From the NCBI GenBank assembly GCA_002269645.1, contig NIVC01001061.1, forward strand, positions 62,001 through 126,000: a stretch of DNA of 64,000 nucleotides. The letters are read 5' to 3'. Of the stretch, positions 53,543 to 64,000 are shown in pieces; within the stretch, counting starts at the first letter, position 1, and every line of letters starts with the position of its first letter. The DNA comes from Macrostomum lignano (Eukaryota). Made by a program: the position numbers and the translations under genes. Below the pieces are notes generated by a model that did not search any database, was not told the origin of the DNA, and was given only the letters and a program-made list of their open reading frames with translations.

Positions 53543-54100
53543 TGTCTCACCTGGTGTGATCTCCCACCTGCCTCCATATCTCACCTGGTGTAATCTCTCA
53601 CCTGGTGTGATCTCCCACCTGCCCCCATGTCTCACCTGGTGTGATCTCCCACCTGCCCCCATGTCTCACCGGGTGTGATCTCCCACCTGCTCCCATGTCT
53701 CACCGGGTGTGATCTCCCACCTGCTCCCATGTCTCACTGGGTGTGATCTCCCACCTGCTCCCATGTCTCACCGGGTGTGATCTCCCACCTGCCCCCATGT
53801 CTCACCGGGTGCGATCTCCTACCTGCCCCCATGTCTCACCGGGTGTGATCTCCCACCTGCTCCCATGTCTCACCTGGTGTGATCTCCTACCTGCCCCCAT
53901 GTCTCACCGGGTGTGATCTCCCACCTGCTCCCATGTCTCACCTGGTGTGATCTCCTACCTGCCCCCATGTCTCACCTGGTGTGATCTCCTACCTGCTCCC
54001 ATGTCTCACCGGGTGTGATCTCCCACCTGCCCCCATGTCTCACCGGGTGTGATCTCCCACCTGCCCTCAGCTTGCCTCACCTGGTGTGATCTCCCACCAC
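53543..54100. repeat. 34-bp minisatellite in the Lhx 3' region
   Basis: TCTCACCTGGTGTGATCTCCCACCTGCCCCCATG, about 16 copies. Confidence 0.95.
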
Positions 54101-54489
54101 CCGGGTGTGACCTTCCCCCAGATTTCTATCTATAATTTTCGTTGTCAGTGTGCGTTGAACTCGTACAGGTAGCGAGGCTGCTCTGTACAAGTGTTTCAAT
54201 ATTACTGTAAAACAGTTCAAGCTATGCACAAACCTCCAATCCATGTTTCTATACATAGTACTTGCGCGAATGTGGTATACATAGAAGTAATATTGCGACG
54301 CTTTTTATTTGAGAAAGTGTAACAGCTTATTGAAATTAATAGCCCCCGCAAAAATATTATAGTTCTGTCAAGAGGTACTTCCGTGTATTCCCTCAGTTCT
54401 TTTCTTCAGAGTTCACAAGGCTGGAGAGTGGGAGGGTAAACGGGGACTGATGGTGGGGCCGGAGTAGCTTGACTCTCGCGCCGTGATCC

Positions 54490-55027
54490 CTTGCACAAAA
54501 ATTGGCTTTGCTCGAAGATATTTGGGGCTTGTGCACAAAAATTGGCTTTGCTCGAAGATATTTGGGGCTTGTGCACAAAAATTGGCTTTGCACGAAGATA
54601 TTTGGGGCTTGTGCACAAAAATTGGCTTTGCTCGAAGATATTTGGGGCTTGTGCACAAAAATTGGCTTTGCACGAAGATATTTGGGGCTTGTGCACAAAA
54701 ATTGGCTTTGCTCGAAGATATTTGGGGCTTGTGCACAAAAATTGGCTTTGCTCGAAGATATTTGGGGCTTGTGCACAAAAATTGGCTTTGCTCGAAGATA
54801 TTTGGGGCTTGTGCACAAAAATTGGCTTTGCTCGAAGATATTTGGGGCTTGTGCACAAAAATTGGCTTTGCTCGAAGATATTTGGGGCTTGTGCACAAAA
54901 ATTGGCTTTGCTCGAAGATATTTGGGGCTTGTGCACAAAAATTGGCTTTGCTCGAAGATATTTGGGGCTTGTGCACAAAAATTGGCTTTGCTCGAAGATA
55001 TTTGGGGCTTGTGCACAAAAATTGGCC
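54490..55027. repeat. Near-perfect 40-bp minisatellite
   Basis: ATTGGCTTTGCTCGAAGATATTTGGGGCTTGTGCACAAAA, about 13 copies; only one variant base seen. Confidence 0.97.
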
Positions 55028-55444
55028 TGCGGGTTTTCATGCAGCGATTCAAACAGGACGGAGGTCAATAAACACGAGCTAATAATTCGAGTTTCATCAT
55101 CAAAATTCAAGTGCGCTCTTCAAGCTGGAAATTGAAACACCTCTACAGCATTCATACCCTGCCTATATTGAAGTCCTGTGTCAGAGTTTTCCCCAACCAC
55201 TGATGGAGGCTGTTGCGCAAGCACTTCTCTTAAACGCTTGGATCGGAAAAATTTCTGTGGACCTCCAGCAGCTTCCATTGTCATCTTTTCAAGAGCTTTT
55301 TACGCGTATTTGTAGCTTGCAGCTGCCCGCAACTTCTGGCAACCTGATGGTGCAGAATCAGCTGGGGTCGCAGCACGGCTGAGTCTTAAGTTTCAAGTGG
55401 CTGCACAACTCTTGAAATGCGAGGAGACCGGTTTGTGTAAATCA

Positions 55445-55465
55445 GGCAGACAGAATGTCAGCAAA

Positions 55466-55500
<35 letters not shown>

Positions 55501-55631
55501 GGCAGACAGACAGACAGACAGGCAGGCAGACAGACACAGACAGACGCAAAGACAGACAGACAGACACAGACAGACGCAAAGACAGACAGACAGACACACA
55601 GACACAGGCAGACACAGGCAGACAGACAGAC

Positions 55632-55662
<31 letters not shown>

Positions 55663-55675
55663 CAGACAGAAGCAA

Positions 55676-55708
<33 letters not shown>

Positions 55709-55735
55709 TAGACAGGCAGACAGACAGACAGACAC
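55445..55735. repeat. Degenerate (AGAC/ACAC/GGCA)n microsatellite
   Basis: Direct reading. Confidence 0.93.
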
Positions 55736-56637
55736 TAGCACTAATTTATGCTTAAAACTCTTACTAAAACTGGCGGAAAGCTTTCCGGCCATCAGTTTTA
55801 AGCTTGACCAGCACAAGAAAATCGGCATTATAAAGCCGGTTGGAAAGAAATTTCTATAAGATAGAAAAAGACTCGGACAGACAGACAGGCAGATGAGAGA
55901 CACGGTGAAGAATATCAAAGCAGGGGGCAGTCCGCCCATGCAGGGACTTCAGCTTTGCTAAGTGGCATAGTTAGCGGGCGATGCGACCACCCAAGCCAAG
56001 GGAATGCAGCTTGCGCCATCCATGCCCTGTCATGAACCTCCTTCTTCGCACGAAGTCTCTTTATATTCGGCATCACGTGCTGAAAAGGCCTGCCTGCCAG
56101 TCTCCCCATCCGATATCCTGTCTTTCTCACTTCCCATTCGAATCTCCGCGGAACTTGCCCAGCGCGGGGGCAACTCACCGAATACAGGGATAAACACGGA
56201 ACTGGGACATCCAAGCCGGGCTGAGGCTAGTGTTTCAAAGCCCCCCCCCCACTCCCCAGTGTTGTTGCCGGGTGACCAGGAGGCGTAGGAAGATTGTCTC
56301 GAGTCTCCCAGACCCTCACCGTCGAACGCACCGACTCTTCCGGATTCTCAGGCTGATCCCTTGTCAAACGGCCGAGCCCTGACTCAGCTCTCAGAATCTC
56401 TGCGCTACTCAATGCTTCCGGATTCTGTTCTGAACTGAAGGAGGCCTCAGGTGTTCTGGAGAGGCGCCCATTCAATCCTCCAGGATGTCTGCCTCCACCT
56501 GTTCCCTCCGCTGGGTTTCTTGCCTTTGATGACATAGTCGCTGTTTTTTTGTACTGAGGCTCCGCTATTTTTTGAGAATGTCAGTAAATCTTTACATAGC
56601 GAGTGAGTGAATTAGTTATTTTTTAGTTTGTTCCTTG

Positions 56638-56650
56638 GTTAGTTAGTTAA

Positions 56651-56697
<47 letters not shown>

Positions 56698-56700
56698 TTC

Positions 56701-56771
<71 letters not shown>

Positions 56772-56864
56772 CAGTTAGTTAGTTATCTAGTTAGGCAGTT
56801 AGTTAGTCAGTTAGTTAGTTAGTTAGTCAGTTAGTTAGTTAGTCAGTTAGTTAGTTAGTTAGTC

Positions 56865-56903
<39 letters not shown>

Positions 56904-57152
56904 CAGTTAGTTAGTTAGTTAGTTGGTTAGTTAGTTAGTTAGTTAGTTAGCTAGTTAGTTAGTTAGTCAGTTAGTTAGTCAGTTATCTAGTTAGGCAGTT
57001 AGTTAGTTAGTTAGTTAGTCAGTTAGTTAGTTAGTTAGTTAGATAGTTAGTTAGTCAGTTATCTAGTTAGGCAGTTAGTTAGTTAGTTAGTCAGTTAGTT
57101 AGTCAGTTAGTTAGTTAGTTAGTTAGTTAGCTAGTTAGTTAGTCAGTCAGTC
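56638..57152. repeat. (AGTT)n microsatellite with AGTC/AGCT interruptions
   Basis: Direct reading. Confidence 0.96.
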
Positions 57153-58157
57153 ATACTTAAGACTCACTAATGTGCAGTGGGACGAGACATTTCCAACCAG
57201 AATCCCCTACAAAATGGGAGCTAAGTGTAAAAAACCGGCATATTCTTTTCAATGAAATTCGAACAATTTAAACAGCTAAGCGCGAAAAAATGTTGCTACA
57301 GTCGCGGGAGGCAGTCGACACAGAATTCGGGCCACGAGCCATGTTCGCTACAACTCCAGCGCATCGAGCAGTTTAGCAAGTCAACAGGGCAGACAATCTT
57401 CGCAGAATCGAATTAAGGACGCTACATAAAAAATCGGTGCACCTTCATAATCAGTCACTTAATCCTTCCAAGCCAGGTTTGTCTCCACTTCACTATTCTG
57501 CCATATCAGCAGGACAGAGCAGCACCCTGAAAGCATGGAGAGAGAGATGCAGAAATTCGAAGAGAGCAACGTGGAAGATCTTTAATGCGGGACGCAGAAC
57601 GCGGTATGAAGACGCCCCGCTGGGCGGCAGTTTCAACTCGGCAATCCCGAATCCCACACACGCAGCAGCAGCATGAAGCCAGGCTAAGGGTGGTCCCTGG
57701 CCCCGCTGCACCGGCCTCGATCGGACACACGCCGAGCCGCCTGTTTTCCTTCAGCCATGCGGCGCCTGATGGGCAGGCAGGCAAGACGGGGCCCGTGAAA
57801 TCCCAAATTATTTCATATATATATATACATATTATATCGCTCCTTAATACCTTCCACCTACTCTATCCGTCTGTCTGTCTCTACGATGCATAGAATTCTT
57901 TTAAGAGTTGGGAAGCTGAAGTTGTCACTTGACGGGGAAAGTTTCCACTCGGTCTCTCGGCCTGGCTTCGGAGCCCCGGCTTCCCTCCCCCCATTCTAAA
58001 CAAACAGAGCCTTGTTTGCTTTGCGCGCCGCTTCAAGTCAAGGAGGTCTTCAGCCAGAATCTGGTGTGCCATTGATAGCTCTTCCGCTTCTAGTTCTGAA
58101 ACATTTATGCAACTCTTAGTTGATATTCTCTGGACAGTGAGACTTTACAAGCACAGA

Positions 58158-58350
58158 AGATTTTAGCGCTAATTTAGCGCCACATACAAGATTTTAGCGC
58201 CAATTTAGCGCCACAGACAAAGATTTTAGCGTCAATTTAGCGCCACATACAAGATTTTAGCGTTAATTAGCGCCACAGACAAAGATTCTAGCGTCAATTT
58301 AGCGCCACACACAAGATTTCAGCGCCAATTTAGCACCACATACAAAGATT
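58158..58350. repeat. 31-32-bp minisatellite
   Basis: AAGATTTTAGCGCCAATTTAGCGCCACATAC, about 6 copies. Confidence 0.88.
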
Positions 58351-59883
58351 TTGCAAATATCAAAGGGAAATTATGAAGCTCCTAAGATTTTAGCCGCAAT
58401 CATCTAATATTATGCCGGCAACAAACCGTCAAATGTCTGAATAAAAACTATACCACATCACGACTGCGCAAATCTAAAAAATAAAAGTGGTGACATCGAA
58501 ATTTCTTCGAAGGGCTTTTAAAACTTGGCAGAAAACTGCAGTCATTTTTTAGTTTTAGGGAAGAATTGGCAATCTAGACCTTGGTTCAAGTTTCAAAGTC
58601 TCCTTGGACGGACGCCGCAACGCCTTGGAAACCAAACCGAGAGGCGGAGAGAGTTTCCGCTGGCAAAGGGAATTCGCAACAAGGCAACGCCAAGGGGCGC
58701 AGATAGGATTACCAGATATAGAAAATATGGAATGAACGGAATTTAAGTATTGCGACTTGAAGCACCTTGCTTGCAAAGCTTTCAAGCTTACTGTCTCTCT
58801 CTGACCAGCGGGCCCCGCTGCGGCGACAATGTCTGGATTTCTCTACTTAAAATCAGTAAGTAGTATGCACCGGCTTTGAATGGGCCACAGGACATGCAGG
58901 ATTCCAGAACCGGCATTTGAGTGCAAGCGCCAAGACACAAGAAAAAAAATAAATTAGACCCGCGCGCAGCAACATTCATTTGTGGCTTGTGCTCGAAAAT
59001 CGGACGGTGGGTTGTCGTGCAATTCACACTTTACCCCTCGGGTAGTTCTATCGTTAATAAGCGACCCAATTTGAAGAACAAAAAAGTCAAATCTTTTAAC
59101 AAGTAGTAGCAGTTACCGCACAAGGCCAACCAACGTGGTGACAACTGAGAATTCTGTCCATTCTATATAAATAAATTTGCACTGCATACTACTCACTGTG
59201 GGGATAATGAGAGCCTTCTGAGATTTAAAATAATTCAAATTCCTAAAGCGAATCAGGCAAAACAATAAAGATACGATATAAGCCTAATGATATGCCATCA
59301 ATGAGCAGATAATAAGGCGACTGAAGCGAACAGGATTTGTAAAAACAAACAAAAACTCCAATTACGGACTAGAAACGCAGAGGAAGGAAGAGTAGAGCGA
59401 CCGCGCGAAGCTAAATTAAATCAAAGCCAATTTCTTATATCGAGAAAAGACCAGCTGGACACCAACTGAGCAAACAGGGGAAGCGCATTCGTATTTTACA
59501 CAGCGATTAGCGAGATAAACTGGACTGCTAACACCGGCGGGGAATTTGAAAAAGAATAAATATACTTTCCAAGAAACCAGTGCACTTAAACAAACAGTTA
59601 GTCGTGTATTTAATGATAAAAAGAATATTATTAGTTTTAACTCATAATACAAAACAATATTTGACACAACTGCTATTAAAGCGAGTTGGGGTATTGGATT
59701 CTAAGAATTCAGTGCAGTCTAACAAGTAGGAAATATATATAAAGATTTTTGAGTCAAACGTACGGACAACACCTTAAGCAGGGAAGACAAGAAAGAATCC
59801 GATTAGCGAATTTATACGATTGAAATTTCGGTCTAATTTGCTCCTTAATTCGGTAGTTTATTGTTGAGATTATCTGTCCCGCT

Positions 59884-60853
59884 CTAAACTTCAATCTGAG
59901 TGGATTTTCCGCGAACCACTTTGGTCACGTAGATATAGGAGAAGTCGGCATACAGGATGGTCTGAACGCAGCCAGCCACCACGGCGATAGGATCGAAGAA
60001 GTCCTCAACCATGTAGCGGTAGATCCAGTTCAGTATGTAGAAAGCCCGGTAGGAGCCCAGGCCGAACAGGTAGTGAGACGTGATGGTGTCTGCCGACCCA
60101 GTTTTGCTAATGAGAAACAGCTGCGGCAGGATGGCCACGGACTCCAGGTAGATGCTGAAAGTCCACAGCACCTCCAGCGGGGCCAGCTGGTGGTTCAATA
60201 GCACGGATAGGCCGGCGGAGACTACTACTAGTAGTTCGGCTCGAAACGTGTCGTGATTGCCGTCGTAAGTGGAACGGAATTTCCAATAGATTAGGGACAC
60301 GGTTAGCCAGGTGGCGAAGATGAACACTATCTGTTTGGGATATTTTGGTGCGTAAGAAAAGGTTGAGTTCTTGAATTTTAGCCAAAATGGGATTGCAGTG
60401 ACCTGAAGGAGTGGATAACAGTGAGCTGAGGGAGGGGGCAGCAGTGAGCTGAGGGAGGGGGCAGCAGTGAGCTGAGGGAGGGGGCAGCAGTGACCTGAAG
60501 GAGGGGATAGCAGTGACCTGAAGGGGATAGCAGTGACCTGAAGGAGGGGATAGCAGTGACCTGAAGGAGGGGATAGCAGTGACCTGAAGGAGAGGATAAC
60601 AGTGAGCTGAGGGAGGGGGCAGCAGTGAGCTAAGGATCACACTTGACTGCTCTAATCTCACCTTCATAACGCTGTTGTAGATGGACACAAAGCTGGTGAA
60701 CAAATCCAGATAGCGAGTTAGAAACACCAGACCAAACAGCACTTGAGATTTGCCTGATATCCCGCTGACAGATCTAGTTTGCCAGATTTTGGCCAGCAAG
60801 ATCAGAATAGCAGCCAGATGGCTCATGTCGCCAATGAGGCGAAAGATGTTCAT
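59884..60853 (-). CDS. KDELR: ER lumen protein-retaining (KDEL) receptor, 212 aa. Exons 60853-60662 and 60330-59884
   Basis: [24 protein letters not shown]...[19 protein letters not shown]; [17 protein letters not shown]; [24 protein letters not shown]; [14 protein letters not shown]. One phase-0 GT-AG intron gives a canonical length. Confidence 0.97.
60395..60635. repeat. About 21-bp minisatellite, KDELR intron
   Basis: GCAGTGAGCTGAGGGAGGGGGCA / GCAGTGACCTGAAGGAGGGGATA. Confidence 0.9.
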
Positions 60854-61235
60854 TTTGTTGTTGTGTGGGGTGGACTAGCACTGCAGTGTGAATGGAGAAC
60901 GAATGTTGAATGACTTTTACAGAAACTTCTTTAGTCTATAAATCATAACTTATGCAGAATGACCTAATTTAAGGTATCCATACATAATCAAGTGATGAAA
61001 TAGACCAGGTTGACTAACTAACAAGTTGATATTTTGTTGCCTTCATACATACATATGTATACATATTTATATACATACATATTTCCACCATGTGGTGTCC
61101 CTAGGTTGTATCCTTTTCAATTAACAAACTATCAAGGCAATCACTTATTAATATGAATTTATTTTGACTAGCCATTAGCTGAACTTAATGTGAATATTGT
61201 GACAACATTGCATGCTATGAGCATATGGTAATCAG

Positions 61236-61440
61236 TATACATGCGCAAACCCCCTGATTTATATCAGCCATGGGACTTTTACATTAACCAAAAATGCAAC
61301 TTACCTATGAAAGAAACCTAAGCAAAATTAACATAACTTTGGGTAAATGGCAGGAGTAACTATAACTATATTATTAACTCTAAATGCCTTGTTAGCCAGT
61401 TAGTTCTATATATACTTTTCCAGATAGGCATTTTGCCAAT
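61236..61440 (+). mobile_element. Second, decayed and 3'-truncated copy of the same hAT MITE
   Basis: Begins TATACATGCGCAAAC and is colinear with 28405-28610, including GCAAAATTAAC..AACTTTGGGTAAATGGCAGGAGTAACTATAACT...TAAATGCCTTGTTAGC. No right TIR found. Confidence 0.8.
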
Positions 61441-63571
61441 TACCTTAGGCATATTGCACCTCATTAGAATAGCTTGCAAAATCTTTTACCTAAATAGCAA
61501 TGAGGTATATAGCATTGGTGGCTTCTTATCTAGAAGCCCATAGAGCATAGTGCCTTAAGATAAAAGAGTTTTATAGGACCCATATCTGTGTGGCCTTTTT
61601 TAATGGAAATAGCAATTTTTAGCAACATAACATGACTTTTTTAAAGTATATATTAATACTTTGCTCTTTTAGCTCAGAGTCTATAGTCCAAATGGTGCAA
61701 TATATTATGCCAGAAAAAATAATGGTAGTTGGTACACTGAAATTTCTCCTTAACAAGTCATTTGACTTTGCAAGTTAGTTTCCTAAGAAAACTTTCTTAC
61801 AAAACATGTCTTAAAATAATATGAATTATTCTCATTTTAAATAAAAATAAAACTATAGCTCAAAAATATTAATGCATAATTATATTAAGTTTTTAGCAAC
61901 TAAGAATATTAGAGTACGAGTATCTGGCCATTTTAATTGCTATAGGCCTAGGCTTTTTATAAAATTACTTTGAATTAAAAAACTTATCTAATTTAAAAGA
62001 AAATCTCTTACTGGTAGCATTATTATTCTGCTGCTAGCATTTTTACTAGTTCTAGTAGCAATATATTTAGGCCCCCTAAATATGGCCTAAGCAGTATATT
62101 GTTATTATTACTAGTATACATACTGCATATATTAGGCCTACTTCTAGTCCTGGGCATTCCCAAGATTAGAGGGTCATGGCCTCTGTATTCTATGTATATT
62201 ATTATGCAATATGCATATCTACTTTGTATTCCTTTTCATTAGATGCTCTACTTATCACATCAGTAATATATACAGCACACAGTTCCTTCTACTTTACTAT
62301 CATAAAATAAATCAAATTGGGGAATACTTTTTTAGATATTTTTTAACTCATTGGCCACTTCTTTTTCAATTGCAATGCTAATTCGAAGTCAAGCCAAGCT
62401 TAAAATGACTGGGCTCTCTCTCACTGAAAATGAATTTATTTATACTAAATTTTTGACTTTATTAAACCTAATGAAATTTATTATTTTTATGCCTGGTACA
62501 AAAATAAAATGCTTTTCAAAAAGTCAAAAATTTACTTGATTAGGCTTAGTTCTTGAGTAGGATAGGAAAATAAAGAGTGTCGAACCTATTTTAAATGTTT
62601 TTTCAGTCTTTACAGTTGTAATTTTAATCTTGTCCCCTTGTCTTTCTTTGACTTTGTTTACTCCTGTCCTAGATATGACAAAAAATATTGATAATAATAG
62701 TGAAAAGAAGACGATTTTAAATATTATTTAATGTTACAGTGAAAACATGACAAAGGATCGAGAAAATTTCCCGATCCCAATTCCAGAACCAGAACACAGT
62801 TCTGAAAACGGAACAAGCAATATGAATTTTAAGCTCCGAATTGTGTGACGCGTGTGCGTACACTAAATTCGAATATAAACTCCAATTAAGCAACTTAGAT
62901 AATGCTTGTTTATAAAAAATAGTATTTTCTACTCCCAGAGTCTAATTGAGTGTGCGTTTGTATAGCAATAAATGTATAATATACATGTAACTTTGTTTTA
63001 AGTACCGGTTCTAGAAGACAAATAATTGCGGAATCTTCGAAACGTTGCGATTACCAGAACCAGAATCATCTAAGAATAATCAGTACAACAGCACCAGCTT
63101 CTGTTCTAATATACAGTATTTTAGCCATATAAAAAGTACGTGGTGAAGTAAGAAATCAATACTGTACGTCTCCACCTCTAAAAAGTTATAAACAGATAAC
63201 GGTTAAACGTTTTGCTTTTCTAAATGGTTCTGGAATGGTTGTGGAATCAGAATCGACTATATTATTGGTCTTATTGAGCCATAAGCATTACATGGCCGCT
63301 CGGCCCTGCAGGTGGAGGCTAGGACTAGGACCATCGAAGAACTGCTGTTATTGCCTCAGCCAATTCTGACGGAAGCTACAGTCAGGCATGAGTCGCCTAA
63401 TTTGCACTAGGCCGCAACCCAATACTTGTTTTGAATTAGATATCATATGTAATTTCGAAACCGGGTACGAGCTAAGACTTAAATTTCACTACGGCTACTA
63501 AAAAGTAGCATAATGCAAAATGGAGCTATTTTTCACACTACCTTTATATAGTGTCTCGGCAGGGGCCCAGC

Positions 63572-63645
63572 AGGAGCAGTTCGGACGTAAACGCGCTTGG
63601 CTCTTGCGCCTAACGTACCCGGGTTCGATTCCGCGCGTGGGCCAC
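63572..63645 (+). mobile_element. tRNA-like head, probably a different SINE family or tRNA pseudogene
   Basis: Perfect B box GGGTTCGATTCC at 63621-63632, a weak A box and partial acceptor-stem pairing (GGGGCCCA...TGGGCC). The T-stem is imperfect. Confidence 0.4.
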
Positions 63646-64000
63646 TTTAATTTGGAGCTCCAGTCTCAGAGCTCCTGCAACAATTTTCAAACCTCGCCTG
63701 CTTTCAGACCAACCTTTCCAAGGTCCTTAGCGTGTACGAGCGTATATGCCTGATGGTGCACGACCTTGACCTGCAACCTAAGATCTATGTCTACACCTCA
63801 TTCGGGGGACTCTTCGAAGTTGAGAAAAGTCCTGTGTGTGAGCTGCGTTTGAAACGAGATAAACACAGAAGAATGTCAGCTATACCAGCACAGTTCCCAA
63901 AACCCAATCCTACTGAAGTCACTTTCGCACCTGGCAGAAGTTAGTTGGAAGGCTTTCCGCCCTCGTGTGCACAATGTACTATTATTATATTCTTTTTTAA

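Noticed and set aside
54393-55135. About 200-aa ORFs in all six frames; CRISPR-like regular spacing
   Set aside because: This is a stop-free 40-bp tandem repeat with identical units and no unique spacers, in eukaryotic context without cas genes.
62740-63260. Scattered CCAGAACC / GGTTCTGG motifs in opposite orientations
   Set aside because: Suggestive of a decayed MITE, but no definable termini or TSD.
63572-63645. A functional tRNA gene
   Set aside because: B box only; the D-arm and T-stem do not fold cleanly by eye, so it is more likely a SINE head or pseudogene.

Overview
This is eukaryotic (metazoan) genomic DNA. GC-rich exons are separated by introns that are almost all filled with intron-specific mini- or microsatellites, a pattern that suggests a free-living flatworm such as Macrostomum (inference only). 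Six genes were reconstructed by hand from GT-AG sites and reading-frame phase. (1) The 3' part of a conventional beta-spectrin (+, <1-18374, 11 exons). (2) A Cys-rich-ectodomain family-2-like (Methuselah/adhesion-like) GPCR (-, 28392-25830) with a 1-nt frameshift before TM7. (3) A single-domain LAMP-family membrane protein (+, 30619-34065). (4) A very divergent Cys-loop ion-channel subunit with a greatly shortened ectodomain (+, 35106-39905). (5) An apterous/Lhx2/9 LIM-homeobox gene (+, about 42191-53426). (6) The KDEL receptor ERD2 (-, 60853-59884). The most notable non-genic signals are two. The first is a 277-bp hAT-type MITE (14-bp TIRs, 8-bp TSD) carrying a 64-bp piece of 28S rRNA (helix 69-71, the R2/Pokey/I-PpoI target) whose central target bases are replaced; a second decayed copy lies about 33 kb away. 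The second is a 7.06-kb element with 13-bp TIRs and a 3-bp TSD whose interior is about 530 copies of a 13-bp repeat with higher-order structure. tRNA-derived SINEs are also present. Most long ORFs in the supplied track are artefacts of tandem repeats. All alignments and counts were done by eye, and repeat boundaries are approximate.
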